From an uncultured delta proteobacterium (GTDB lineage: Bacteria; Desulfobacterota; Binatia; UBA9968): a stretch of DNA of 64,000 nt. The notes beneath the pieces were generated by a model that searched no databases, was not told where the DNA came from, and saw nothing but the letters and a program-made list of their open reading frames with translations. How positions within the stretch are numbered: position 1 is the first letter of the stretch; every line of letters starts with the position of its first letter. Made by a program: the position numbers and the translations under genes. The stretch covers positions 288,001 through 352,000 of the forward strand of contig CAVWLW010000033.1 of the NCBI GenBank assembly GCA_963755715.1, written 5' to 3'. Shown piece after piece: positions 37,678 to 51,435 of the stretch.

Positions 37678-38955
37678 ATGGCTTCTAAAACCGTCCTCGA
37701 CAACGGCATTCGGATCGTGTCCCATGAAATGCCCGAGCATCGCTCCGTGAGTCTCGGCATCTGGGTCGAAAACGGCTCGCGCCACGAAAGCGAAGCGGAA
37801 AACGGCCTCTCGCATTTTATCGAGCATCTGCTTTTCAAAGGCACGGCGCGGCGTAGCGCCGCACAAATCGCCGAAGAGATGGACGCCGTGGGCGGCGTAC
37901 TCAACGCCTTCACTTCCAAAGAGCACACCTGCTACTACGCCAAAGTGCTCGATGAAAATCTGCCGTTGGCGATCGATCTCTTGACCGATATTTTTCTCCA
38001 TTCGAGTTTCGAAGCCGAGGAGATCGAGCGCGAAAGATCGGTGATTCTTCAGGAAATTTCCCAGGCGGAAGATACGCCGGACGATTATGTGCATGATCTT
38101 TTCAATCTCGACTTCTTCAAGGATCATCCCATCGGCCGGCCGATTTGCGGCCGTGAGCAAACCGTCAATGGCTTTAGCCGTGAAGATATTCTCGGCTTTT
38201 TCAGATCGCGTTATCAGCCGCGCCGCGTCATTGTTTCCGCCGCCGGCAACTTTCGCCACAGCGCGCTGGTCGACGAGATCGGCGCGCGTCTTGGCGTTGT
38301 GCACGGTAGCACTGACTCCGATCGGGCATTGAGCGTGAACGGTGAGTCAGCGCCCGAGATGGGCAGCGGTATTTTCCCGCACGCCAAATCGTTGGAGCAG
38401 GTTCATCTCTGTCTCGGCGTCGCCGGCATTTCTCAAGCCCATCCCAAACGCTATATCGCCTACGTGCTCAATACCCTTCTTGGCGGCGGCATGAGCTCGC
38501 GCCTGTTCCAAGAGATTCGCGAAAAGCGCGGCAAGGCTTATTCGGTCTATTCTTTTTCATCTTCTTATAAGGACGTCGGTTATTTCGGCGTGTACGCCGG
38601 AACCAGTCTCGAATCGACCGAGGAAGTCGTCGAGCTTATCGTCAAAGAGCTGCAAAAGCTCGCGGCGGGCGAAGTCAGCGATGTCGAGCTTAGCCGCACT
38701 CAAGGCCAATTGGTCGGCAGCATGATGCTCGGCTTGGAATCGACGGACTCCTGGATGAGCCACATCGCGCGCGATGAAATTTATTTCGGTAAGACAGTCA
38801 CGACGGACGAGATTTGCCAGCAGATTCGCGCGGTGTCGCGCGACGACGTGATCGAGCTCGCGGACGCGCTTTTTGCCAGCGGCGCCATGACGCTGACGCT
38901 CTTAGGCGGCTTCGACGAGAATTTTCAAATCAAAAACCTACAATTGAATCATTGA
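37678..38955 (+). CDS. M16 family zinc peptidase
   Basis: HFIEH (HxxEH), LNAFTSKE and SSRLFQEIRE motifs. Confidence 0.92.
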   Translation: MASKTVLDNGIRIVSHEMPEHRSVSLGIWVENGSRHESEAENGLSHFIEHLLFKGTARRSAAQIAEEMDAVGGVLNAFTSKEHTCYYAKVLDENLPLAIDLLTDIFLHSSFEAEEIERERSVILQEISQAEDTPDDYVHDLFNLDFFKDHPIGRPICGREQTVNGFSREDILGFFRSRYQPRRVIVSAAGNFRHSALVDEIGARLGVVHGSTDSDRALSVNGESAPEMGSGIFPHAKSLEQVHLCLGVAGISQAHPKRYIAYVLNTLLGGGMSSRLFQEIREKRGKAYSVYSFSSSYKDVGYFGVYAGTSLESTEEVVELIVKELQKLAAGEVSDVELSRTQGQLVGSMMLGLESTDSWMSHIARDEIYFGKTVTTDEICQQIRAVSRDDVIELADALFASGAMTLTLLGGFDENFQIKNLQLNH

Positions 38956-38989
38956 GCAGCGCCATTGGGCCGCGCGCGGGTGAGAATCG

Positions 38990-39457
38990 GTGGAAGAAGT
39001 TCGGATTGAGATCAAGCGCCTGCGGCCGGGCCCGGCGTCGCTCGATCTGCCTGCTTATATGACCGAGGGCGCGGCGGGGATGGATCTTTGCGCCGATATC
39101 CAAACGGAGCTCGTGCTGGCGCCCATGGCGCGAGCTTTGATTCCCACCGGTATCGCGATTGCCCTACCACCCGGTTTCGAAGCGCAAATCCGGCCGCGCA
39201 GCGGCTTGGCTCTGAAGCAGGGTCTGACCCTGCTCAACAGCCCCGGCACGATCGACTCGGACTACCGCGGCGAGATTCAAGTGATCGCCATCAACCTCGG
39301 CAATGAGTCGATTCTCATTCAGCGCGGTCAGCGCATCGCACAAATGATCGTGCAGCGCGTCGTTCGCGCCCGGTGGCGCGAAGTCGATGACCTCTCGCTG
39401 TCGGCAAGACAAGACGGCGGGTTCGGACACACGGATGAAAAAGAGGGGCGCAATTAA
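38990..39457 (+). CDS. dut: dUTP diphosphatase
   Basis: [27 protein letters not shown] and RQDGGFGHT motifs. Confidence 0.95.
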   Translation: MEEVRIEIKRLRPGPASLDLPAYMTEGAAGMDLCADIQTELVLAPMARALIPTGIAIALPPGFEAQIRPRSGLALKQGLTLLNSPGTIDSDYRGEIQVIAINLGNESILIQRGQRIAQMIVQRVVRARWREVDDLSLSARQDGGFGHTDEKEGRN

Positions 39458-39467
39458 TCGCGCCCCT
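39444..39467. repeat. GTAG-type REP-like palindrome overlapping the dut stop codon
   Basis: AGGGGCGCAATTAATCGCGCCCCT. Confidence 0.65.
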
Positions 39468-39493
39468 CCATTCTCGCTGTCGGACGTCGCAGC

Positions 39494-40786
39494 ATGATCC
39501 CGCGTTACACCCGGCCTGAGATGGGCCACATTTGGTCGGAAGAAAATGGTTTTCAAAAATGGCTCGAGGTCGAAATTCTTGCTGCCGAGGGTTTGGCGCG
39601 CCTCGGGAAAGTTCCCAAAGCCGCCATCACGCGCATTCGCAGGAAAGCGCGCTTTAATGTGAAGCGCATCCGCGCGATCGAAGCCGAGGTCAAGCACGAG
39701 ATCATCGCGTTTTTGAGCTCGGTCGCAGAATCGATCGGCGATGACGCCCGCTATCTCCATGTCGGCATGACTTCGTCGGACGTGATGGACACGGCGCTGG
39801 CGATGCAGTTCAAAGAAGCTTCGGTGCTGATCGATCAAGACATTAAAAACCTCATGAACGTGCTGCGCCGTCAAGCGCGCAAGTATAAATGGACCGTGAT
39901 GATCGGCCGCACGCACGGCGTGCACGCCGAGCCGATCACCTTCGGACTGAAGCTGGCGCTCTGGTATCAGGAAATGGCGCGCCATCACGCGCGTTTTCAA
40001 AAAGCCGTCGACGATATTTGCGTCGGGCAAATTTCCGGCGCTGTGGGAACCTTCGCGCAGATTTCGCCCAAGGTCGAGGCGTACGTCTGCCGCAAGGCCG
40101 GGCTCAAGCCGGCGCTTATTTCCAATCAAATCATTCAGCGCGACCGCCATGCATTTTATTTTGCCACCTTGGCGATCCTCGCCAGCTCCTTGGAAAAGTT
40201 TGCGATCGAGGTGCGCCACTTGCAGCGCACTGAAGTCCAAGAAGCCGAGGAGCCGTTTACCGAAGGTCAAAAAGGCTCATCGGCGATGCCGCACAAACGC
40301 AATCCGATATTGTCCGAGAACGTTTCGGGCTTGGCGCGGCTCATGCGCTCCTATGCGCTGGCCGCGATGGAAAACGTGCCGCTTTGGCACGAAAGAGATA
40401 TCAGCCATTCTTCCGTGGAGCGCGTGATTGCGCCGGATGCGACGATTGCGCTCGATTTCATGCTGCGCCGCATGACCTACGTGCTCGGCAATTTATGCGT
40501 CTATCCGGAGAATATGAAACGCAATTTGGAAAAAAGCGGCGGCACGGTTTTTTCCGAAAAAGTGCTGCTCGCGTTGGTCGATAAAGGAGTTGCGCGCGAT
40601 GTCGCTTATCGCATGGTTCAACGCCATGCCCTGAAGGTGGGAAAAGAGGGCGGCGACTTAAAACGCGAGCTGCTTGCGGACGCCGAGCTGCGCCGGCATT
40701 TGTCCGCTAAAGAGATCGAGGCCGTGTGGGGGGTCAAGCACCACCTGGCCAACGTCGATTTTATCTTTCGCCGGGTATTTCATTAA
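39494..40786 (+). CDS. purB: Adenylosuccinate lyase
   Basis: MIPRY, GRTHGVHAEP and GSSAMPHKRNP motifs. Confidence 0.97.
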   Translation: MIPRYTRPEMGHIWSEENGFQKWLEVEILAAEGLARLGKVPKAAITRIRRKARFNVKRIRAIEAEVKHEIIAFLSSVAESIGDDARYLHVGMTSSDVMDTALAMQFKEASVLIDQDIKNLMNVLRRQARKYKWTVMIGRTHGVHAEPITFGLKLALWYQEMARHHARFQKAVDDICVGQISGAVGTFAQISPKVEAYVCRKAGLKPALISNQIIQRDRHAFYFATLAILASSLEKFAIEVRHLQRTEVQEAEEPFTEGQKGSSAMPHKRNPILSENVSGLARLMRSYALAAMENVPLWHERDISHSSVERVIAPDATIALDFMLRRMTYVLGNLCVYPENMKRNLEKSGGTVFSEKVLLALVDKGVARDVAYRMVQRHALKVGKEGGDLKRELLADAELRRHLSAKEIEAVWGVKHHLANVDFIFRRVFH

Positions 40787-40812
40787 ATCTTGTCGCTTAG
40801 AAAATGTGACCT

Positions 40813-41058
40813 ATGCGTGTTAAAATTTTTATATCGCTGAAACAAGGCGTCCTCGATCCGCAAGGCAAAGCCATCGAGCGGTCCTTGCATACGCTCGGTT
40901 ACGGCGAAGTGCGCGACGCGCGCGTCGGTAAGTTCCTCGAGCTCGAAATCGACGCGCAATCACGCGCGGAGGTGGAACCTCGTATCCGCGAAATGTGTGA
41001 TAAGTTGTTGGCCAATACAGTAATCGAAGATTACCGGTTTGAAATCAGCGAAGATTGA
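40813..41058 (+). CDS. purS: FGAM synthase subunit PurS
   Basis: LDPQGKAI and KLLANTVIEDY motifs. Confidence 0.95.
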   Translation: MRVKIFISLKQGVLDPQGKAIERSLHTLGYGEVRDARVGKFLELEIDAQSRAEVEPRIREMCDKLLANTVIEDYRFEISED

Positions 41059-41108
41059 GGACCCATGGTGGGAATTCAGCAGTCAGTCTTCAGCACTCAG
41101 GACTAACC

Positions 41109-41811
41109 ATGCGTTGGGCGGTTATTACTTTTCCCGGCTCCTGCGACGATCATGACGTCTTCGACAGTCTAAAATCGGATCTGGGGCAGCCAGTTAAATT
41201 TCTCTGGCATAAAGAGGAGCTGAAGGGCAACTTCGATTGCATCGTGCTGCCGGGGGGGTTCTCCTATGGCGACTACCTGCGCTGCGGCGCCATGGCGCGC
41301 TTTTCGCCGATCATGCGCGGCGTGGTGAAATTTGCCCAAAGCGGTGGACTGGTGCTGGGAATTTGCAACGGCTTTCAGATTCTTTGCGAGTCCGGGCTGT
41401 TGCCCGGCGCGCTGGTGCGCAATGCCGGCCTGCAGTTTGTCTGCCAGCAGGTTTATTTGCGCGTCGAGGAAACCGACACGCCGTTCACGGGCGGATTAAA
41501 AAAAGGCCAACTGCTGCGCCTGCCGGTCAAGCACGGCGAGGGCTGCTACTATGCCGATGCGAAAACCCTCGAGCGCATGCATAAGAATCGTCAAATCCTG
41601 CTTCATTACGCCGACCCAAAAGGCAAGATCACGGCGGCAGCCAATCCCAATGGTTCCTTGGAAAATATCGCGGGTGTGTGCAACGAAGGGCGTAACGTCT
41701 TTGGCTTGATGCCTCACCCGGAAGACGCGTGCAGTAAGATTCTCGGCGGCGATGACGGCGCCAGAATCTTCATGTCGATTGCAGCGGCCTGCGCCGAAAG
41801 GGCGAGGCGGC

Positions 41812-41819
<8 letters not shown>
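41109..41819 (+). CDS. purQ: FGAM synthase glutaminase subunit PurQ
   Basis: [22 protein letters not shown] and LMPHPE motifs. Confidence 0.95.
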
Positions 41820-44047
<2,228 letters not shown>

Positions 44048-44055
44048 CAATTCAT

Positions 44056-44082
44056 TGTCATCCCGAACAAAGTGAGGGATCT
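44056..44082. repeat. TGTCAT...GATCT palindromic repeat family member
   Basis: TGTCATCCCGAACAAAGTGAGGGATCT. Confidence 0.7.
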
Positions 44083-44106
44083 GGGTAAGGTAAACCGGCT
44101 CTAATC

Positions 44107-45534
44107 ATGTCCGATAAATTTCACGAAGAATGCGCGGTGATGGGGGTCTACGGCCATCCCGAGGCGTCCAACATGGTCTATCTCGGCCTCTACGCGCTGC
44201 AGCATCGCGGCCAGGAGTCTTGCGGCATTGTTTCGTCCGACGGGCAAGGGCTGATCTCGCATCGCCAGATGGGCCTGGTCGCCGACGCGTTCAAAGAGGA
44301 TGTCATCAAGCGGCTGGAAGGCAACAGCGCCATCGGCCACAATCGCTACTCCACGACGGGTCAGAGCCACTTGAAAAATGCCCAGCCGTTCGTGGTCGAA
44401 TATTCGCAAGGACCGATCGCCATCTCGCACAATGGCAATCTCGTCAATGGCGCGCTGCTGCGCGAAGAATTGGAGCGCTCCGGCTCGATTTTTCAATCGA
44501 CCACCGACACCGAGGTGATCGTCCATCTCATCGCGACTTCGAAGGGGGGGACGCTGATAAGCCGCATCGTTGAAGCTCTAAGCCGAGTGCGCGGCGCTTA
44601 TTCCTTGTTGTTTCTGACGTTGGATAAGATGATCGCGGCGCGTGATCCGTACGGATTTCGTCCGCTGGTGCTGGGAAAATTTCCCGAAGGAAAAAATCGC
44701 GGCGCTTTCGTTTTTGCCTCCGAGACCTGCGCGTTGGACCTGATCGAGGCTGAATTCATTCGCGACGTCGAGCCCGGCGAGATCGTTACGATCGGTCCGG
44801 ATGGAATGGAGGAATCGCTCAAACCATTTCCGCCAGCGCCCCACGCGAAGTGCATTTTCGAATATATTTACTTCGCCCGTCCGGACAGCAATTTATTCGG
44901 ACACAACGTTTATCAGGTGCGCAAAGCGCTCGGCCGCCAGCTGGCAAGGGAGAGCGGCGTGCCGGCCGACCTCGTCACGCCGGTGCCTGACTCGGGCGTG
45001 CCGGCGGCGATCGGTTACGCCGAGGAATCGAAGATCCCGTTGGAGTTCGGCTTGATCCGCAATCACTACGTCGGGCGCACTTTCATCGAGCCGCAGCAGA
45101 CGATCCGCAACTTCGGTGTCAAGATCAAGCTCAACGCTCAGCGTGACGTTTTGAACGGCAAGCGTGTCGTAGTGGTCGATGATTCGATCGTGCGCGGCAC
45201 CACCAGCCGCAAAATTATCCGCATGCTGCGCGATGCGGGAGCTAAAGAAGTGCACATGCGCATCAGCTCACCGGCGACGATCAGCCCTTGTTACTACGGC
45301 ATCGACACGCCGACCCGCTCCGAGCTGATCGCCTCGTCCAATTCGGTCGAAGAAATCCGCCGCTACATCGAGGCCGACACGCTGGCTTATTTGAGCAACG
45401 ACGGCATGTACGCTTACTTCGGTGGACAAAAAAAGGGCTTCTGCGACGCCTGCTTTACCGGCAACTATCCCGTTCATTTCGAAGACGAAGGGCACACCAA
45501 GCAACTGCACTTATTTGACGCGGTAAGCCGTTAA
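44107..45534 (+). CDS. purF: Amidophosphoribosyltransferase
   Basis: EEC propeptide/Cys, ALQHRGQE, GHNRYST, VVVDDSIVRGTTS and Fe-S cysteines. Confidence 0.97.
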   Translation: MSDKFHEECAVMGVYGHPEASNMVYLGLYALQHRGQESCGIVSSDGQGLISHRQMGLVADAFKEDVIKRLEGNSAIGHNRYSTTGQSHLKNAQPFVVEYSQGPIAISHNGNLVNGALLREELERSGSIFQSTTDTEVIVHLIATSKGGTLISRIVEALSRVRGAYSLLFLTLDKMIAARDPYGFRPLVLGKFPEGKNRGAFVFASETCALDLIEAEFIRDVEPGEIVTIGPDGMEESLKPFPPAPHAKCIFEYIYFARPDSNLFGHNVYQVRKALGRQLARESGVPADLVTPVPDSGVPAAIGYAEESKIPLEFGLIRNHYVGRTFIEPQQTIRNFGVKIKLNAQRDVLNGKRVVVVDDSIVRGTTSRKIIRMLRDAGAKEVHMRISSPATISPCYYGIDTPTRSELIASSNSVEEIRRYIEADTLAYLSNDGMYAYFGGQKKGFCDACFTGNYPVHFEDEGHTKQLHLFDAVSR

Positions 45535-45545
45535 CTATCTCGCGA

Positions 45546-46550
45546 TCAACTGCTAGCTCGAAGTTCGGCGTAATTTTCCAAGCCGAGTTTTCGCTTGCCC
45601 GTTTCAAGCTCGTGAATCATGTCCAGTACCTTCCGGCAAAGCGGCGTCGAAATTTTGAATTTTTCACCTTCGCGGACGACATAAGCAAGAGTAAAATCCA
45701 CTTCAGTCTTGATACTTTTTTGAATCTGTCTGAGAGGCCCCTTGCGGTCGTCGAGCTTCCACGATTTGGCGAAGGCATTGACCGCGGCGAGCCGTTTTTC
45801 GAAAGAGATGCTCGGATGAAAATCCGGCGGATTGTATTCCGCGAGGGAAATAAAGCGGGCGCCGACCGCGTTGCCGACGGCGACGACTTCACCGAAAAAT
45901 TCCGTGAGATTATGCCGGCTCGCTTCATCGGCGCAGCTCGTCATGAGCGAAGCGTCGGCGAGCGAACCGTAATAGCCCAAGCAAGTGTAGGTGAGCTTGC
46001 TCCAAAGCACGCCGAGAATATTGTCCGAGATATCGGTTTCCATAACCGGATTGAGTATTCCTTGGAGGTTCTCCAACTGCGGCGTCGTTTTGCCGTGCAC
46101 ATGGCCGATATAAAGATGGCCGCGGATCGCGGTCTGCACATGGCCGGGAGCGACTTTGCGGCAGCCCATGCGAATCGCCATGCCAATGGTTCGATCCGCG
46201 CCGACTTTTTCTTGAAGCAGCGGCGGGTTGATGCCGTTCTGCATGGAAACTAAAAGGCCGTTGTCGGCGAGGTGGGGCAAGACGGTGTGAAGCGCGTCCG
46301 GCGTGTAGTTCGAGCGAACCGCGATCAGGCCGATGTCATATTTGCCCTCGATCTCGTCGGGAAACAAGATTTTGACTTTGACGTTGAACGATCCGTCCGG
46401 CACCTCGACTTGCAGGCCTTTTTCACGGATCGCCTGGACATGCTCTCTATCGACATCGACGAAAGTGATGTCGTGGCCGGCGCGCGCCAGCCTGCCGCCG
46501 ATGATACCGCCGATAGGGCCGGTGCCGATCACGATCATACGATTGCTCAT
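45546..46550 (-). CDS. Ketopantoate reductase (PanE/ApbA)-family oxidoreductase
   Basis: GTGPIGG, SMQNG, LWSKL and KTEVD motifs; GGAGG RBS before ATG 46550. Confidence 0.8.
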   Translation of the reverse strand: MSNRMIVIGTGPIGGIIGGRLARAGHDITFVDVDREHVQAIREKGLQVEVPDGSFNVKVKILFPDEIEGKYDIGLIAVRSNYTPDALHTVLPHLADNGLLVSMQNGINPPLLQEKVGADRTIGMAIRMGCRKVAPGHVQTAIRGHLYIGHVHGKTTPQLENLQGILNPVMETDISDNILGVLWSKLTYTCLGYYGSLADASLMTSCADEASRHNLTEFFGEVVAVGNAVGARFISLAEYNPPDFHPSISFEKRLAAVNAFAKSWKLDDRKGPLRQIQKSIKTEVDFTLAYVVREGEKFKISTPLCRKVLDMIHELETGKRKLGLENYAELRASS

Positions 46551-46721
46551 CTTTCCTCCTGATTCGCGGCGTTGAAACGGAGCCACGATATGCAATGAAT
46601 GAAGCAGCGTCAAACGATTTTGCGCAACGGCGGGCGAAATGCTCCTACTTGAAGAAACAGCTCTCGTAGATTAAACAGGTCCCAGCATTGCACGGATTTT
46701 CGCCACCCTGAAAGGACGATC

Positions 46722-47700
46722 ATGAAAAGAGCGATTTTCGGGCTTCTCGTCTTTCTTCTCTGGATAACTCAAGTGAGCGCTGCGGACCGGGTTCGCATCG
46801 GCTACAGCTCGATCAGCGGCGCCTACACGCCGATCTGGGTGGCGCATGACGCCGGTTACTTCGCGAAAGAAGGCTTGCAGGACGATATCATTCTCATTCC
46901 CAGCGGCACGCAGCTCGCTCAAGTGACCGTGGCCGGTGAGATCGAGATCGGCTCGCTCAACGGCAGCTCGGCGATCGCGGCCGCGCTCCAAGGCGCGGAT
47001 CTCAAGATCATCGGTAACTCCGGCAACAAAATGGTGTTCTCGCTCTACGTCCGGCCGGAGATCAAAAGCGTGGAGGCGTTGAAGGGTAAGAAAATCGGCA
47101 TCACTCGATTCGGCTCGGCGCCGGATATTTCGGTTCGCTACGCGCTCAGAAAATACAACATCAATCCGGATAAGGATTTGACGTTGATTCAATTGGGCTT
47201 CATGGCGACGGTCGCCGCCGGTTTGCAGGGCGGCTCGATCGAGGGCGGCGTGGTGTCGCCGCCGACCCAGTTCGCGGTCGATAAAGCCGGCTTCAAAGAA
47301 TTGATCAGCATCACCGACATGGATTTTGCTTTTCCCAATCCGGCTTTAGTCGCGGTGGGACCGATCATCCGCAGCAAGCCGGATGTGATCAACCGATTCA
47401 TACGCGCGTACGTCCGCGGCATTCATCGCGCGCGCACCGATCGCGAGTTCACCTATAAATCGATGGCTAAATACACCAAAATCCAAGATCAGTCGGTGCT
47501 GCAGAAGGCCTATGATTTTTACATGAGCAAAGTTTTGGAAAAGGCGCCGTATATCAATATGACCGGTGTGCAGAATGTGCTGGACGATCTGGTGAAAACC
47601 GTTCCCGCCGCGAAGAACGCCAAGCCTGAACAATTCGTCGATATGCGTTTCCTCGACACCCTGGAGAAGAGCGGGCTTGTTAAAAGAGCTGTATCCGTAG
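46722..47700 (+). CDS. ABC substrate-binding protein (NMT1/SsuA-like), probable extra A near the C-terminus
   Basis: PIWVAHDAGYFAKEGL and LKGKKIGITRFGS motifs. Removing one A at 47682..47685 gives the typical ...KELYP* ending at 47700. Confidence 0.85.
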
Positions 47701-47706
47701 GTGGAC

Positions 47707-47729
47707 GGGCACGCATGCCGTGCCCCTAC
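47707..47729 (-). repeat. GTAG-type REP
   Basis: The minus strand reads GTAGGGGCACGGCATGCGTGCCC. Confidence 0.75.
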
Positions 47730-47817
47730 GTCGTTTGGAGAATCTTTGAACCGTAACGATATAAAGAGCCAGCGCCGTTCACTACGCCTTAAAGATTGTG
47801 GATACCAGAGGATTCAG

Positions 47818-48599
47818 ATGCCAAACACCAATCAACCTACGACATGCTGCTCAAGCTGGTGAAGACGCGCATGAGCGTGCGCAAGTTCCGGCCCGATCCG
47901 ATTCCTGAGGATACCATCAACAAAATTCTCGAAGTCGCTCGCTGGGCGATGTCCGGCGCCAACTCGCAACCCTGGGAGTTCGTTGTCGTTACCGATCCGG
48001 AGATCAAAAAACAGTTGCGCGACGCTTACTCGGAGTACAACACCGACTTCATTTTTTGGATGGAACAGCAGCGCGAGTACAATTTGCGCCATCCGTCTTA
48101 TCAGGTCAAAAACGATCCGCACGAGTCGCTGCGCTTCAATAAAGCCAAAGCCAACTGGCACCAGGCGCCTGCCGTGATAGTTGTGTTGGGCGACGGCCGG
48201 CGGCAGTGGGGCACGGTGATGGGCGCGCACACGTTCGGGCGCGATCAGTCGCACTTGACCGACAGTCTCGCCAACGCGTCGTTTCTCATCCATCTGGCGG
48301 TGGCGTCTTTGGGTCTCACTTCGGAGTGGGTGTCGATTCACATCGAAGAGCCGCACAAACGAATTCTCGGCGTGCCCGATCTCTTGAAGCTCTACCTGAT
48401 CATTCCTATCGGTTATCCCGACGTGCCGGCGCGCGAAGGGGTGCGCCGCCCCCTCGATGAAATTGTCCATCGCGAACGTTACGAGATGAGCAAGCACATG
48501 TCCAACGAGGACGTGTTGAAGTATCTTTATTCTCTGCGCGAAGGCACGGTCACAGGTTATTCGGCGTCGCGAGCCGTGACGGCCGACGAGAAAAAATAA
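47818..48599 (+). CDS. Nitroreductase family protein (copy 1)
   Basis: RMSVRKF..DPIP, WAMSGANSQPWEF and PIGYP motifs. The likely true ATG at 47818 (GAGG RBS) needs a nearby 1-nt shift; ORF track 47796..48599. Confidence 0.85.
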
Positions 48600-50263
48600 G
48601 TGGCCCCGGCTTCCGTCAACCCGATCACCGTCGAAGTCGTGCGCAACGGCCTGGCGCATATCGCCAACGAGATGGCGACCGTGCTGCGCAAGACTTCCTA
48701 CAACATGATGATCTACGAGGTGCGCGACTACTGCGTCGGCATCGTCGATCCCGAAGGCAATATTCTCTCGCAAAACTTCGGCGCGCTGCCGATCTTTCTC
48801 GCCGATCTCGGTCCCGCGATCGTCGACGGCGTGCGCATGCACGGCCGCGACGGATTTAAGCCCGGCGATGTGCTGATCATGAACCATCCCTACGTTTGCG
48901 GCCAGCATCTCAATAATGTCGTGGTGTATACACCGTTCTTTCACGAGGGCGAGCTGGTGGCTTTCCTCGCCGTGCGCGCGCACTGGATCGATATCGGTGG
49001 CACTCGAGTCGGTTTCGGCTTCAGCGGCACGCGCGAAGTTTACGAAGAAGGTTTGCAGTTTCGCTCGCTGAAACTTTACCGCGGCGATCAGCCGAACCAA
49101 GATATTTTCCAGATCATCACCGACAATGTTCGTTTCGCTGAGTCTTGTCTCGGCGATCTGCGCGCGCAGATCGCCGCTTGCCGCGTCGGCGACCGCGGCC
49201 TGGGCGCATTGGTGAAGCGTTACGGATTGGAAACTTTCTTGCGTTGTGTGCGAGCGATCTGGCATCAGTCTGAGGCGCTGGCGCGTGAGCAAGTCGCGCG
49301 TATCAAGCCGGGCCAGTACGAAGCCGAAGCGCTGTTCGACAGTGACGGTGTCGATTTGGACACAGCCGTGCCACTCAAGGTGAAGGTCGAAGTCGCGGGC
49401 AGCGAGATGGTCATCGATTTTTCCGAGATCAGCGAACAAGTGCCGGGCTCGATCAATTCCGGCGAGTCCGGCGCCGTGGCGGCGGCGCGGGTTGCGTTCA
49501 AATCGCTCGTGGCGCCCTATTCGCCCATCGATGAAGGCTGTTTTCGGCCGTTAAAGATAATCATACCCAAAGGGAAAATTCTCAGCGCCACAGCGCCGGC
49601 GCCGGTGGGCAACTGGAGCCGCACGCTGCCGACGGTGATCGATTTGATTCTCAAAGCCTTGGCGCCGGCGATGCCGGATAGAGTGGCCGCGGGGCACAAA
49701 GGCGACATGGGCGGCTACGCATTTTTCGGCACCGATCCGAAGACCGGCAGACGGTTTCTCTGCCAGACGATCATGGGCGGCGGCTGGGGCGGGCGGGCGC
49801 ATGAGGACGGCGAGAATTCCACAGTGTCGATGTGCCAGGGCGACGTGCAAAACGCGCCGGTCGAATTGCAGGAAATTTATTATCCCGTGCTGATCGAGCG
49901 ACAGCGGCTGCGCGAAGGCAGCGGCGGCGCGGGGAAATTTCGCGGCGGCTTGGGGATCGAAATGTCGGTGCGAGTGCTGTGCGACGCGTTCACGAACATC
50001 AACGTCGAGCGCCAGCGCACCGCGCCGTGGGGGCTTTTCGGCGGTGAGTGCGGCGCGACGGCAAAGGCGCTGGTCAAGCAAGCGCCCGATGACCGGGAAC
50101 TTGGCTGACCAAGAAACCGAACTATCCATTGAAAAAGAACGGCAGCGTAACATTTTTTACGGCGGGCGGCGGCGGTTATGGCATGGTGAAAGAGCGGGCT
50201 TGCGAGCTCGTTGATCGGGACTGCAGACTGGGTTACGTTCCGGAAAGGAATACGACGAGGTGA
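48600..50263 (+). CDS. Hydantoinase B/oxoprolinase family subunit (copy 1), apparent frameshift ~50095
   Basis: DYCVG, NHPYVCGQHLNN, AHWIDIGG, GGWGG and SGGAGKFRGG motifs. The shifted frame gives TAGGGGYG...GYV...* at 50263. Confidence 0.9.
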
Positions 50264-50265
50264 TT

Positions 50266-51376
50266 ATGGAAGGTCAGCAAGAATTCGACAAACGGATCTC
50301 GCGAGTACGCCAAGCGATGCGCGACAAGGGATTGCAGACGCTGCTCATTTACGATTCCGGGCGGCATAATTTTTTGCGCATGAATTACGTCGCCTATCTG
50401 ACCGACTTCATCAGCGTCGGCCCGGAGACAATGCTCGTCGTTCCGTTGGAAGATGCGCCGGTGCTTTATCTTTCGCCGGCATGGGATATCCCGCGCGCGC
50501 AAGAGGAGTCGTGGGTCTCGGATGTTCGTCCGTTCAAAGAATTCTGGTCCGTTTGCCGAGCTCTGTCAGCGAAAGGTCGGACTGATCGGCCGAGAGGCGA
50601 TGCACGTCGGTCTGCACGATGAGATCGCGAAATCGCTCGGGCAAACTCCGGTCAACGCCAAAGACATCATCGAGAACATGGCGCGCTGCAAAAGCGACTT
50701 CGAACTCGAGCGGCTGCGGCGCGCCGCGGCGATCGCCGATGCCGGCGTCACGGCGCTGCACGATGATGCGCGTCCCGGATTGAAGGAATTCGAGCTCGCC
50801 GCGATCGTCGAGCACCGCATGCGCTATCTCGGCGCCGAAGACAACTTCGGCATGGTCGTCGCCAACCATCATAACCAGGCGCTCCATCCGCCGACTGATC
50901 GCGTCGTGCAATCGGGCGATATCATCATCGGCGAAATCACACCATGCATCGGCGGATTGTTCGTGCAGATCTGCCGGACGATGGTGCTGGGCGAGCCGGC
51001 GCCGGCGGTTCGCGAAAAATACGCCATTCTCAAAAAGGGAATGCGACTCGGTATGGACGCAGCGAAAACGGGCGCGCCGGCGAGCGACGTCGCCGCGGCG
51101 ATCAACGACACGTTTATTGAATACGGTTACGAGCAATATTGCCGCCCGCCATTCATGCGCGTGCGCGGCCACGGCCTCGGTTGCGGCTCGTTTGCGCCCG
51201 GCAGCTTGGAAGACGGCAATCAGACCCAACTCGAGGAGGGCATGACCTTCATCATTCATCCCAACCAGTATTTGCCCGAGACGGGCTACCTGACGCTCGG
51301 TGATACCGTGGTCATGACGAAGACGAAAGCGGAGTCGCTGATGAAATCGTCGTGGGACATTTATGTAAAAGAGTGA
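50266..51376 (+). CDS. M24/creatinase-fold protein 1, apparent frameshift ~50572
   Basis: Creatinase_N-like N-terminus; KSDFELERLRRAA, QICRT, RGHGLG and IIHPNQY motifs. Confidence 0.8.
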
Positions 51377-51435
51377 CGATCTGTTCACACGTTCAATTCG
51401 TTGCAAATCATAAATCGGATTCGGAAGAGGGCAAT

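Noticed and set aside
47832-49439. Long antisense ORFs (also 4507..5445, 28870..29916, 39164..40270, 50534..51490)
   Set aside because: They are shadow ORFs opposite well-supported genes in GC-rich DNA and have no recognisable motifs.
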